DNA from: Mobula hypostoma
Lineage: Eukaryota
DNA length: 64,000 bases
NCBI RefSeq assembly: GCF_963921235.1
Contig: NC_086097.1
Span: 43,588,001 to 43,652,000, forward strand
Direction: 5' to 3'
Shown here: in pieces, positions 15,951 through 29,689 of the stretch
How the letters are laid out: every line of letters begins with the position of its first letter
Position numbering within the stretch: position 1 is the stretch's first letter
Program-made: the position numbers and the translations under genes
Notes under the pieces: model-generated
What the model was told of the DNA's origin: nothing
The model's database searches: none
Seen by the model: the letters and a program-made list of their open reading frames with translations, nothing else

Positions 15951-17379
15951 CAGCACATTAGGATGAAAGGCGAGCAATATTAACTCCGTTTATTTTTCTT
16001 TCTTCACAGATCTGATTTTATATCAGTAATCTACTGTGCAGTTGAAGCTACTTGAAGAAATATTTGTCCAGTTTTCATTTTATACCCTTTTGTTTTAAAC
16101 AATTTTGTTCTTTTTAACCATTTTGTTCTGAAGGGTTTGGGGATAAGAAAATATTACAGTTGTACAGTCCACCTCCGTAGTACTGTGCAGTTTCATGGGA
16201 TATATTAATATTGGAGGCGGTCCAAACGACGTATGAGGATTGACTTGTAAAGAAATTTTTAAACTGATGGGGTCTGCACTCTTTAGTGTAGAAGAAAGAG
16301 AGGTGATGATCTTATTCAAGTACATAAGATGCTGAAGGTGTAGATGTTGAGATGTTTATGTAAATAGGAGAGTCTTAAGCATGCTCTACACATTTGAAAC
16401 TTAATTCACTGCTATTAAGTGCAGAAATTAATCACCATAATTACTCAACAAATAAATTATAGTCATGTACTAAAATATTCCTTTTTTATATATATCTAAC
16501 AGGAAATTGTTATTGCCAAAATAGAGCAACTGTGGTTCAAAGATTTGCTAGGTCACAGTTCCAGATTTGGCATCCATCCATATGAAGAGGAATCTTTTTA
16601 AAAAATTGTTTACTGCATTGCCAAATAATTGAACCATTGCTTACTTTGGTGCATTACATCTTAGGAATGAAAGAAATAGAAACATAGAAAACCTACAGCA
16701 CAATACAGGCCCTTTTTTGGCCAAGGTACAGATATATAGTCACCACTTACTTGTTTAAGAACACCACATAGCTCCTTTTTTTCCATCCTACAGTTATTTC
16801 AAAGCCTACCTATCTGAAGATCAATTATGTCTTCCCTATACATCTCAATCTGTATTGTCTTGCCTGACATATTCATAGCAATTACAATGGGTATTACTAC
16901 ATAGTGACCATTCAATTCAGGAATCTTTGCCACAACAAAGGGTATTATGTAGTTTATCTGTTGACAGTGGTTTTGTTTGCTGCAATAAAATAGTATGGAA
17001 CACTTTCGCAATGAATGTAAACTCACAAGCACCTGTGCTTTTCCATCTGGCAGAAATGGCACTGGATGAATGACTTGCAAATTTCAGCTTGTATGTTTCA
17101 TTTTGTCAAAACAAGCACATTTTACTTTTGATTTACTGCATTCTGGCTGGGTTGACCAGCTTCTTACTTGTCTCAGCATCCAGACAGATGCTGGCCTCTG
17201 TGTACTGCACCTCTGAAATATAGAAATGTACATATAAAGAAAGGTTATTTTGGAACCTAACTCCTTGGTTGACTGGAAGTTTGGACCTATACAATTCTAT
17301 GATTTTATTATCTTCAAAAGAACATTTCAGTGGACTGGTTATTTGCTAATATTGTATAATTTAATACAATAATACAAGG

Positions 17380-20300
17380 GTGGGCAGGGTGACCTATTGT
17401 CCAGTAGCACTCACATCCATGGTGATGAAGTTGGTTATGGCTAGAATCCTGCCTCCTGCCCAAGCAAGGATCTACACCCACTGCACTTTGCCTATCGCCA
17501 GAATAGGTCTACAGCAGATGCATTCTCATTGGTTCTTCACACAGCCTTGGATCATCTGGATAATACTAATACTTATATCAAGCTGTAGTTTACTGACTAT
17601 AGCTCAGTGTTTAACATAATCATTCCTACAGTTCTGACCAAAAAGCTCCAAAAGATACCTCCCTCTGCAATAGGATTCTCGACCCACAGACCACAGTCTG
17701 TGCAGATTGAAAATAACATCTTCAACTCGCTGGTAATCAACACTAGCGTACCTCAAGGATGTGTGCTTAGCCCAAGGCTCTACTCTCTCTAGACCCTTGA
17801 CTGTGTGGCTAGGCACAGCTCAAATGCCATCTATGAATTTGCAGATGACACAACTGTAGTTGGCAGAATTTCAGTTGGTGATAAGAAGGCCTACAGGAGG
17901 GAGATAGATCAGCCGGTTGAGTGGTGTCTCAGCAACAACTTTATACTTAACTTCGGTAAGATAGGAATAAGGAACCTTGGTTTTCAAGGGATATTGCAAC
18001 TCATAAATAAGAAGAGGGAGTTGTATGACATGTATAGGAAACGGAGTAAATAAGGTGCTTGAGGAGTATAAGAAGTGCAAGAAAATACATAAGAAAGAAA
18101 TCAGGAGGGCTAAAAGAAGACATGAGGTTGCCTTGGCAGTCGAAGTGAAGGATAATCCAAAGAGCTTTTACAGATATATTAAGAGTAAAAGGATTGTAAG
18201 GGATAAAATTGGTCTTCTTGAAGATCAGAGTGGTCGGCTATGTGCGGAACTAAAGGAAATGGGGGAGATCTTAAATAGGTTTTTTGTGTCTGTATTTACT
18301 AAGGAAACTGGCATAAAGTCTATGGAATTAAGGGAAACAAGTAGTGAGATCATGGAAACTGTACAGATCGAAAAGGAGGAGGTACTTGCTGTCTTGAGGA
18401 AAATTAAAGTGGATAAATCCCCGGGACCTGACAGGGTGTTCCCTCGGACCTTGAAGGAGACTAGTTTTGAAATTGCAGGGGCCCTGGCAGAAATATTTAA
18501 AATGTCGCTGTCTACAGGTGAGGTGCTGGAGGATTGGAGAGTGGCTCATGTTGTTCCGTTGTTTAAAAAAGGATCGAAAAGTAATCTGGGAAATTATAGG
18601 CCAGTAAATTTAACGTCGGTAGTAGGTAAGTTATTGGAGGGAGTACTAAGAGACAGAATCTACAAGCATTTGGATAGACAGGGACTTATTAGGGAGAGTC
18701 AACATGGCTTTGTGCGTGGTAGGTCATGTTTGACCAATCTATTGGAGTTTTTCGAGGAGGTTACCAGGAAAGTGGATGAAGGGAAGGCAGTGGATATTGT
18801 CTACATGGACTTCAGTAAGGCCTTTGACAAGGTCCCGCATGGGAGATTAGTTAGGAAAATTCAGTAGCTAGGTATACATGGAGAGGTGGTAAATTGGATT
18901 AGACATTGGCTCAATGGAAGAAGCCAAAGAGTGGTAGTAGAGAATTGCTTCTCCGAGTGGAGGCCTGTGACTAGTGGTGTGCCACAGGGATCAGTGCTGG
19001 GTCCATTGTTATTTGTCATCTATATCAATGATCTGGATGATGTGGTAAATTGGATCAGCAAATTTGCTGATGATACAAAGTTTGGAGGTGTAGTAGACAG
19101 TGAGGAAGATTTTCAGAGCCATTTGGACCAGCTGGAAAAATGGGCTGAAAAATGGCAGATGGAGTTTAATACAGACAAGTGTGAGGTATTGATCGTTGGA
19201 AGGACAAACCAAGGTAGAATATACAGGGTTAATGGTAAGGCACTGAGGAGTGCAGTGGAACAGAGGGATCTGGGAGTACAGATAGAAAATTCCCTAAAAG
19301 AGGCATCACAGTAAGATAGGGTCGTAAAGAGAGCTTTTGGTACGTTGGCCTTTATTAATCAAGGTATTGAGTATAAGAGCTGGAATGTTATGATGAGGTT
19401 GTATAAGGCATTGGTGAGGCCGAATCTGGAGTATTGTGTTCAGTTTTGGTCACCAAATTACAGGAAGGATATAAATACGGTTGAAAGAGTGCAGAGAAGA
19501 TTTACAAGGATGTTGCTGGGACTTGAGAAACTCAGTTACAGAGAAAGGTTGAATAGGTTGGGACTTTATTCCCTGGAGCATAGAAGAATGAGGGGAGATT
19601 TGATAGAGGTATATAAAATTATGATGGGTATAGATAGAGTGAATGCAAGCAGGCTTTTTCCACTGAGGCAAGGGGAGGAAAAAACCAGAGGACATGAGTT
19701 AGGGGTGAGGGGTGAAAAGTTTAAAGGGAACATTAGTGGGGGCTTCTTCACACAGAGAGTGGTGGGAGTATGGAATGAGCTGCTAGACGAGGTGGTAAAT
19801 GCGGGTTCTTTTTTAACATTTAAGAATAAATTGGACAGATACATGGATGGGAGGTACATGGATATGGTCCGTGTGCAGGTCAGTGGGACTAGGCAGAAAA
19901 TGGTTCGGCACAGCCAAGAAGGGCCAAAAGGCCTGTTTCTGTGCTGTAGTTTCTATGGTTCTAAGATCAAAGAATTAAATGTGGGATTCAGAAAGGGTAA
20001 GATGAGTGAACACCCAGCAGTTCTCATTGAGGGAAGTGGAAAGGGTGAGCAATTTCAAGTTCCTGGGTGTCAACATCTCTGAGGATCTATGCTGCGCCTA
20101 ACATATCGATGCAGTTTCAAAGAAGGGCCAACTGGGTAGATTTCATAAAGAGTTTAAGAAGGTTTGGTACGTCACCCAAGACACTCATAAATTTCTGCAG
20201 ATGTACCGTGGAGAGCATTCTACTGGCTACATCACCATCTGGTATTGGGGGTGGGGAGGTGGGGAAGGGGCACCACAAAGGATCAAAATAAGCTGCAGAA

Positions 20301-20570
20301 AATTGTAAACTCAGTCAGTTCCATCATGGGCACTAGCTTCCCCAGCATCCAGGAAATCTTCAAGGAGTGATGCCTCAAAAAGGCAGCATCCATCATTAAG
20401 GGCTCCCGTCACCTAGGACATGCCCTCTTCTCATTGCTAGCATCACAGAGGTGGTCCAGGAGCATGAAGGCACACACTCAATGATTCAGGAACAGTTTTT
20501 TCCCCTCTGCCATCAAATTTCTGAATGGATGTTAAACTCACGAACTGAACCTCTCTTTTTTCCCCCTCTT
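17380..20570 (+). mobile_element. Degenerate Rex1/Babar-like LINE interrupted by the CR1 at 17963-19961
   Basis: PVALTSMVMK, PQGCVLSP, FADDTTVVGRI; rejoining the flanks gives LNFGKIKEL; boundaries approximate, clade assigned from motifs. Confidence 0.72.
17963..19961 (+). mobile_element. 5'-truncated CR1 LINE with disabled RT
   Basis: KSPGPD, NYRPV.LTS, QHGF, DFSKAFDKVPH, GVPQGSVLGP, KFADD; in-frame stop at 18865-18867; TTCTATG-type tail; flanked by TAAGAT (17957-17962 / 19962-19967). Confidence 0.93.
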
Positions 20571-20599
20571 TTTGCACTAATTTAACTTTGTATATATTT

Positions 20600-23500
20600 T
20601 AAACAACTATTTTCACATTTTACTGTCCCATTTTTCTAAATTTTGAAATATATTGAAGATGTGTTTGAGCTAATCTACAATATTATGCATCATGTCAAAT
20701 CAAACGAAAAATTCCAAAACCTGTCAGCAATTTACTGAAAATCAAAAAAACCAAAATTGCAAGGCTGAAAAAATATTCATCCCTACGCTGACTTTCCTCA
20801 GGTGCAATACTGTATATTACTTTACCAACTCACTCAATTTTTTGATGTAGAAAATTGGAGGATTGCCTGTTTTCAATGAATTTATAAGAATAAGAACACT
20901 TTCTCTATAAGGTCCCAACAGTATAGTACATTTTCAGCAGACCAAACCAAAATGAAGACAAAAGAGCATTCAAAGCAATTCAGGAAAACGATAATAGAGA
21001 AGCACAAATCTGGGTAAATGTACAAGACTGTCTCGAAGATATTGAACATACCTCAGAACTCAGTGGTCCAATGTGAAAAAGTGGAAAAAATATGAAACTA
21101 CAGCCACACTGCCAAGGTCAGGCCATCACTCTAAACTTAGTTTCTGGAGAAGAATGGCACTTGTGAGAAAGGCAACTGTGACGCTAACTGTCACTTTGAG
21201 TGAGCTGCAGAAGTCAGTGGCTGAAACTGGCGTTGAAGTTCATGACTCCACAACCTCTAAGGCCTTGCACAAAAAGGGCATTTAAGGAGGAGTAGCAAGG
21301 ATGAAACCCTGGCTAAAAAAGGCCCATAAGGACTTTGTGAAGTGCCACTTAGAAGAAACTGTAAAGATGTGGAAGGTCTTGTGGTCAGATGTGGCTAGAG
21401 TGGAACTTCTTAGCCTCAACACTCAGTGGTATGTGTGGTGTAAATCTAAGACTGTGCACTATCTCTATTGTAAAGTGTGGTGAAGGCAGCATCATCCTAT
21501 GGGGATGTTTTTCAGTAGCAGGGACTGGAGATTGGGTTAGGATGATTGGGAAGATAAAAGCTGCTAAATACAGGGAGATCCTGGATAAAAACCTGCTAGC
21601 CTCTGCCAGAATACTTAAACTTGGGAGTAACATAGAACATAGAATAGTACAGCACAGTACAGGCCCTTTGGCCCACTATGTTGTACCGACCCTCAGACCC
21701 TGCCTCCCACATAACCTCCCACCTTAAATTCCTCCATATACCTGTCTAGTAGTCTCTTAAACTTCTCTAGTGTATCTGCCTCCACCACTGACTCAGGCAG
21801 TGCATTCCACGCACCAACCACTCTCTGAGAAAAAAACCTTCCTCTAATATCCCCCTTGAACTTCCCACCCCTTACCTTAAAGCCATGTCCTCTTGCATTG
21901 AGCAGTGGTGCCCTGGGGAAGAGGCACTGGCTATCCACTCTATCTATTCCTCTTATTATCTTGTACACCTCTATCATGTCTCCTCTCATCCTCCTTCTCT
22001 CCAAAGAGTAAAGCCCTAGCTCCCTTAATCTCTGATCATAATGCATACTCTCTAAACCAGGCAGCATCCTGGTGAATCTCCTCTGTACCCTTTCCAATGC
22101 TTCCACATCCTTCCTATAGTGAGGCGACCGGAACTGGACACAGTACTCCAAGTGTGGCCTAACCAGAGTTTTATAGAGCTGCATCATTACATCGTGAAGC
22201 AACTTTCAGGGATCTGTGGACATGTACCCCCAGATCCCTCTGCTTCTCCACACTACCAAGTATCCTGCCATTTACTTTGTACTCTGCCTTGGAGTTTGTC
22301 CATCCAAAGTGTACCACCTCACACTTCTCTGGGTTGAACTCCATCTGCCATTTCTCAGCCCACTTCTGCATCCTATCAATGTCTCTCTGCAATCTTCGAC
22401 AATCCTCTACACTATCTACAACACCACCAACCTTTGTGTCGTCTGCAAACTTGCCAACCCACCCTTCTACCCCCACATCCAGGTCGTTAATAAAAATCAC
22501 GAAAAGTAGAGGTCCCAGAACAGATCCTTGTGGGACACCACTAGTCACAATCCTCCAATCTGAATGTACTGCCTCCACCACGACCCTCTGCCTTCTGCAA
22601 TTCTGAATCCACCTGGCCAAACCTCCCTGGATCCCATGCCTTCTGACTTTCTGAATAAGCCTACCGTGTGGAACCTTGTCAAATGACTTACTAAAATCCA
22701 TATAGATCACATCCACTGCACTACCCTCATCTATATGCCTGGTCACCTCCTCAAAGAACTCTATCAGGCTTGTTAGACACAATCTGCCCTTCACAAAGCC
22801 ATGCTGACTGTCCCTGATCAGACCATGATTCTCTAAATGCCCATAGCTTTCCCACCACAGATGTAAGGCTCACTGGTCTATAATTACCCGGACTATCCCT
22901 ACTACCTTTTTTGAACAAGGGGACAACATTCGCCTCCCTCCAATCCTCCGGTACCATTCCCATGGACAACGAGGACATAAAGATCCTAGCCAGAGGCTCA
23001 GCAATCTCTTCCCTTGCCTCATGGAGCAGCCTGGGGAATATTCCGTCAGGCCCCGGGGACTTATCCGTCCTAATGTATTTTAACAGCTCCAACACCTCCT
23101 CTCCCTTAATATCAACATGCTCCAGAACATCAACCTCACTCATATTGTCTCACTCATATAGGAAGCTTGTCTTTCAGCAGGACAATGACCCAAAGCATAT
23201 TGCAAGAGAAACCATAGAGTGGCTTCAAATGAAAAAAAATGGATGCCCTTCAGTGGCCCAATTAGAGTCCTGACCTCAACCCAATTGAACATCTCTGGCG
23301 AGACCTCAAAATTGCCATCCACCATCACTTCCTAACTAATCTGGCACATGTAATTCATTTGTAGATTTAATTCTTACTGTCCTAAGTTACTGTGTGTTAT
23401 GTTTACACCCTGGTCTGGAGAAACATTGTCTTGTTTGGCAGTATACCTGTATATAGTTTAATGACAATAAACTTGATTAATTTTGCAAGGAAAAATGGAA

Positions 23501-23730
23501 AATCTTGCTCCATTGCATTAAGACTTATCCAAAAAAGCCTGTAGTAATAGCTGCGCGAGGTGGTTCAACTAAGTACTGAGCAAAAGGGGATGAATACTTT
23601 TGAAATGCTGACATTTCAGTTTTTGAATTTGTAATTTTACATGCTTTACAAGTTTCCTTGTTTTGGGAGCTCCATGTTGCATCTCCTTCACAATGTACAA
23701 GCATTAAAGAGGGGAAATATGAGAGGATAT
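20600..23730 (+). mobile_element. Degenerate Tc1-family DNA transposon interrupted by a CR1
   Basis: Transposase remnants TLPRSG..SKLS, VLWSD, GSIILWGCFS, FQQDNDPKH, SPDLNPIE; inverted sub-terminal motif (tattcatccc ~20775 / gggatgaata ~23590); ends approximate. Confidence 0.82.
21629..23159 (-). mobile_element. 5'-truncated CR1 with internal deletions, inserted in Tc1
   Basis: RT motifs on the minus strand; (catagaa)2 reverse tail at 21631; near-identical protein segments to the CR1 at 40930-45782. Confidence 0.92.
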
Positions 23731-23769
23731 TGCCCAAACACTAAGATTGTATCCATAATTGTTTTGAGT

Positions 23770-24475
23770 GTATGTACAGTCAGATACAATGTAAGTCAGA
23801 TATGCAATCAGATCAATGTATATTGATAAGTCTGATGGCCTGGTGAAAGAAATTGTCCCATAGCCTGTTGGTCCTGGCCTTGCTGGCCAGGACCAACAGG
23901 CTATGGGACAGGCCATGCTGTAGTACTGTTTGCCAGATGGAAACAGCTGATATAGTTTGTTTGGGGTGGCTGGAGTTCCTGATGATCCTCCGTGCCCTCT
24001 TTACGCACCTGCTGCTGTCAATGTCCTCAATAGAGGAAAGTTCACATCCACAGATGTGCTGGGCAGTTCGCACCACCCTCTGCAGTGCCCTGTGATTGAG
24101 GGTAGTACAGTTTCCATACCAGGTGCTAGCACAGCCAGTCAGGATGACTTGATGGTACCCCTGTGGAAAGCCCTGAGGAATTGGGGACTCGTACTGAACT
24201 TCTTCAACTGTCTTGGAGGTGAAAGAGGCGCTGTTGTTTTTTCTCCCACCACACGGCTGATATGTACAGTCCAGATGAGATCCTCGGTGATGTGTAGACC
24301 GAGAAACTTGAAATTATGCATCCTCTTAACTACAGTCCCATTGGTGTCAATAGGGGCTAGCCTGTTTCAGTTCCTCCTGTAATCCACGATCAATTCCTTA
24401 GTTTTTTCAACATTGAGGGAGAGGTTTTTTTCTTGGCACCACTGTGTCAGGGTGTTGACTTCTCTTCTAAAGGCT
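23770..24475 (-). mobile_element. Rex1/Babar-like LINE 3' fragment
   Basis: NFKFLGLHITEDL.W, VRTAQHICG.EL motifs on the minus strand. Confidence 0.68.
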
Positions 24476-24479
24476 GTCA

Positions 24480-26230
24480 AATATCTTGCCAAAGACAATA
24501 TGGACATCATCCATCGCCCTACCCTCATCTACTTTCTTGGTTACCTCTTCAAAGAACTCCATGAGATTTGGCAAACAAGTCTTCCCACACACAAAGCCAC
24601 GCTGACTATCCTAAATCAAACTGTCTCTCCAAATGGAATTGGTTCATTATTGTCACATGTACCCAAATACAGTGAAAAGCTTGTCTTGCATGCTGTTCAT
24701 ATAGATCAAATCATTACATAGTACATTGAGGTAGAACAAGGTAAAATAATAACAGAATGCAGAATTGTGTGAAGTGCAGTGCAATGTAGTTAAAACAATA
24801 AAGTGGAAGATTATAGAAGTGTAGTATGAGGTCAAGAGTCCATCTTATCATACAAGACGTCCGTTCAACTGTTTGATAACAGCGAGAATAAAAGCTGTCT
24901 TTGATCCTGTCCCTGAGAATTCCTCCAACAATTTACCCACCATTGATGTCAGACTCAAAGGCTTTTTTTTTGGCTGCCTTTTTTTTAAAACAGTGGAACC
25001 ACATTAACTACTCTCAAACCCTACAGAATTTCACCTATGGCTACAGATGCAGCAAAAATCTCTGCAAGGGCCTCTGCTATTTCTTCAATAGCCCTTTCCC
25101 ACAATGTCTGAAAATGCACCAGATTAGCCCTTGGGGATCTATCCATCTTAAAGCATTTTAAGAACTCCTATACCAGAAAGCAGCATTCATTACGGCTATG
25201 CGCTCAAGCTATGTGGTCCAAGATATCAACAATCATTTCCCCCATTTCTGTAGCCTTTATTATTTTACTCACTCCCTAGTGCCCCCCCTTTACTCTTAGT
25301 ATCTTAGGATTTTGCCTCACCTTGCCTGTCAAATCCTTCTTGTATCCTCTTTTTGCCCCCTAATCTCTTTCTTAAGGCGGTCCTACACTTGTAATCAAGA
25401 TTCCCAATTGATTATGTGTAGTTTATGCCTCCCTCTTTTTCTTAATCAGAGCCTCAATAACAAGAGTTTTCAAAACCTTACAGCCATGCCCCTTATCCTA
25501 ACAGGAACATGCAGGCCCTAAAATCCTAAATCATACTTAAAGGCAGATGCTCCCTTCTTTGCTCACAATCTTGTCCAATCAACCACTGCAAAATCCCACT
25601 AAATGCTCCAAAATTTGCTATACCCAGTTCAAGATACTAATCTCCAATCTTAAAACTAATAGTATCGACACACTCTTCTGCCACTTGCCCTACCTTATTT
25701 TCCAGGAGGTCTACAGTTGTGCCCACTTTCGTAGATCCTTCTGTATATTAATAAATTAAGCCCTCTTGGTCACATTTCACAAATTACACCCATCCAAGAC
25801 TTTAACGCTATGGCTGGCCCAGTCAATATTAGGGAATTTAAAATCTCCAACTATTACTTTGTCACTATGTTTACAATTACCTGCAATCTGTACTTATCTG
25901 GTCCTCTAATTCCCACGGTTGAGGGAAGCCCAGAATATAATCAGAGTGACCATCCCTTCCTTGTTTCTTTATTTTTACCCATATGACACCTCTTTGGTTG
26001 ATTCTCCCAAAATATCCTAATGACCAATGTTATATTCGCTTTTATCAAGGCAACTGCCCCTCTCTCTCACCTTCACCTCTGTCAAGTCTGCAGTATCTGT
26101 ACCCCGAAACAAGACCTGCCCTTCTCTCAGCCATGTTTCTGTGATATCCCAGGTTCCAGAGTCAATCCAAGCCTTGAGTTCATCATCTTTACCTGTTAAG
26201 CCTCTTGCAATGAAGTAAATGCAGTTTAAA
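24480..26230 (-). mobile_element. Very old CR1 remnants
   Basis: Degenerate ARGLTGKDDELKAWI..ITETWL and QHGF-like segments; approximate. Confidence 0.55.
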
Positions 26231-28262
26231 CCAATGGTTTTTCCTGTCCTTCTACTGTGCTCCTGTCTATCTGGATTTTTTTGTTTTATTTTCACCAGGT
26301 TTTAAATATCAATGTGAACTACTTTACATCCACAAAAGTATTTGAAAATTTAGAGGTGATCCAGTCAGTTAAGATGTGCTCCTTTTGCAAATGTATAACC
26401 CTTTGGGACCATCTGTCCACATCCAAAATATTTAAGTAAATGATTCAATTATAACTACCAAGAATATATTTAATCACCTGCTGTTATCTTTGTTAACAAA
26501 CAAATAAAAACTCAATGCATTCGGAGTTTGGGGCATAAGATTCCCTGGTGCATTTATAGCTCCTGTTACTTTAATAGCTTCAAACTGTGTGGTTCACTTA
26601 AAGTCACACAAACTTAAATGGTCCTTTTCTGATCTTTCCCAGCTATCAAGGCCTAGTGTCCTAAAAGGAAGCATCCCTTGAAGAGTTTCTTTTAACACTG
26701 AGCAAATCCTCTTACTAATGAAGCTTATTACATCTTTAGTCAAGGTACTTACTTAACAGCTGGCAATTCTGCATGCTGAACCAGTCAGAATTGTATTCAT
26801 AAACTCTTACTGCAGTAGCCTGCCACATTTCTGATGAATTTTCATTTGGAGCACATACGTAACTCCACTCTACACAATCTAGTAACGTACAATGTATCAA
26901 ATTCACTGCCAGATGAATTCAAGAATCAAATTCTTTTCCACTTATTTAGACCATTCTCCAATTAATGCATTCTGACAAGATACTTGCAGGCAGGCAGACT
27001 TTTTATCTTTGATCTTTCTTGTTAAACTGTTTGCCTTCTCTTCTGCAGGGCAAGCTACTACTTGAGTGGTAGTGTTATATTACAGTACTGTATCTGGAAT
27101 TCTGTGACATATAGAGAAATTTAATAAACACTGAAAATCTTTTTTCTCTCATTTTCACACACACTCTTCTCCCTTGAATAACCAAAAGTTAAGTTTCATG
27201 CCACATTTTAAATCTCATGCACTTTTTTTTATATAATCAATTCAGAAATAGAGGGAGTGAGTATTTGAAACAAGCTGCAGGGGCAAGTGACAGGCAGGCA
27301 GAATCACAACATATGAAAAGCATTTGGATAGGAAAAGAATTGAGAGATAGAGGGCAATTAATGGAAAGTAGGATTAGTGCAGATAGGCCTCTTCATTGGC
27401 ATGGATATCAGGTCAAGTGCTTTCATGCTTGAGACTCTGATTTCCACTCTATCCATCCAAATGAGATTCCCTCATCCCTGGAATTACTTTAGTAAATTCC
27501 TTCTGTAACCTTCAGCATCCTTCCTGGGGTGTAGCAGCCAGAACTGGTCAAAAGCCACTATCTGTGCCTGACTAGCATTTTATGATGGTCCATCACCATT
27601 CTTGCTCCTGTCCTATGGTTATGAAGGCAGGAATGCGATCATTTTCTTAAACCACTGAGCATTTTCAACATAGTATGCATATGTACATCCAGATTTATAT
27701 TCTTATATCCCTATTGCAAATGTTCTTCTAGTTTATATTGTTCCTTTTCATTCCTAAGACAAATGTAATAATCCACATTTCTCTACAACAAATTTCACCC
27801 AACCTCCATCTACTTACTCCACCACTTTGTTTGGATCTTCTTTAAGCTTGTATGAAAGTAGGTTTTGACTTGAATATGAAAACTTGGAGGCCTTATCAGG
27901 TTGAACAATTGTTGGAGGGAAGCAAATAATTTATAATAAACAAAATAGTGATGGATGTTTGGTGATGGTTGACAAAATCATTGACTGCAATAGTTCAACA
28001 AAGAAACAGAAACAAATCAATGTAGATATGTCATTTGGGGAGGTGTGGGATTGCAAGACATTCAAATTTAATGTAGTCTTTATTGGTCTTCCCCAAATCT
28101 AGCCATGTAATTCTAAATAAACAAGAATCTAACATTTTCTAGTTGTAGGCTTTTTCTTGAAAGTTAGACAATAAATCACCTTGTTAAATAGATATTTTCC
28201 CAGACTGGAGATTAGGGTAACGAGTTCTGACATCAGTTTACTGATAGGATGGACATCAAAGT

Positions 28263-28490
28263 CGCAAACATGAGGAAATCTGCAGATGCTGGAAATTCAA
28301 GCAACACACATCAAAGTTGCTGGTGAACGCAGCAGGCCAGGCAGCATCTCTAGGAAGAGGTACAGTTGATGTTTTGGGCCGAGACCCTTCGTCAGGACCC
28401 TTCATCCTGACGAAGGGTCTCGGCCCAAAACATCAACTGTACCTCTTCCTAGAGATGCTGCCTGGCCTGCTGCGTTCACCAGCAACTTAT
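28263..28490. mobile_element. PLE terminal-repeat foldback with perfect 84-bp inverted arms
   Basis: Arm 28314-28397, loop cccttca, arm 28405-28488; possible degenerate TSD acatcaaagt / acataaaagt. Confidence 0.88.
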
Positions 28491-28844
28491 ACATAAAAGT
28501 GTTTGCCAAAAGCAGCAGTGAATCATAATGCAGAAGATCATAGAAGCATGAATTTGCAATTGTGCAATAATTAAGTTTGGGGAAAAAAGGCGGCTATATT
28601 TTTAAAAATATTTTAATGCAATAGAGGGACAAAATTTACTTGGTTGTGCAGTTATACCTACAGAAGTAGTTAAGCATTAAATATATCCATTTGGGGTTTA
28701 AAATTGAAAATTGAAAACTAGAGCAGAAAAGTCATTTGTAACCCACTCAATAGTATTGTTTTGGACTTCGCATTATAGAAGTACATTACAGCTTGGTCAG
28801 GATGAAATCAGGAATTATGTGGACCAGTTCATCAATACCATTAT

Positions 28845-29423
28845 AAATTGGGTGACCACTTTGTTGAGCACCTCCACTCCATTTGCTTAAAGCAAAACTT
28901 CCTGGCAGCAAAACATTTTTATTCCAATTCTCATTCCCAATCTGACGTGTTGGTCCATGGCCTCCTCGTGTGTCATGATGAGGTTACCCTCAGGATGGAG
29001 GAGCAACACCTTTTATTCCATATAGGTAGCCTCCAACCTGATGGCATGAATATTGATTTCTTCTTCCAGTAAGGTAAAAAAGGAAAGCTTTTACCTCCCC
29101 ATCCCCTCTTCTTCTATGTCCCACCCTGGCCTCTTACCTATTACCTTCTGTTGGTGGCCCACCCTCCTCTCTTTCAAATCCCTTCTTCTCCAGCCCTTTA
29201 CCTTTCTCACTCATCTGGCTTCACCCATCACTTAGCTATCCTCCTTCCCCTCCCTCCACCTTTTTATTCTGGTATCTCCTCCCCTTCCTCTCCAGTACTG
29301 AAGGTGGGTCTCTGCCCAAAACATCGCCAGTTTGTTCATTTTCACAGGCACTACCTGACATGCTGAGCTTCTCCAACATTTGTGTTCAGCTTTGGATTTC
29401 TAGCATCTGCAGAATTTCTTGTG
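28845..29423 (+). mobile_element. Older Penelope-like 3' fragment
   Basis: GDHFVEHL...KHF...HS...RMEEQHLLFHIGSLQPDGMNIDF, then pyrimidine-rich tract and degenerate terminal repeat. Confidence 0.82.
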
Positions 29424-29689
29424 AGTATGAACTGGTAGGCCAACTTGAGGTTTGAAGTTTTAAACAGCAATAAAACAATGTCCAAAGTGACTAAAGGAAG
29501 ATAGAGGTTACATTCTACTTGGTGAAAATCAAGGACAAAATATTGTGGTGGGAAGATAAATTAGTTTTGTGTAAGGTTTGAAGAAAATTGCTTTGCAAAC
29601 AGATACTGGAATGTTTGCGGCGCATAACGTAGTAGTAATAAAGCCAATTGACTGAACATTTCTTCACTATATTTCACAGACTGAAAATG

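Noticed and set aside
28402..28437. Functional hammerhead in the foldback arm (and in older PLE copies near 29295 and 54815)
   Set aside because: Core GAAA is changed to AAAA or otherwise degenerate and the ACGU palindrome is lost
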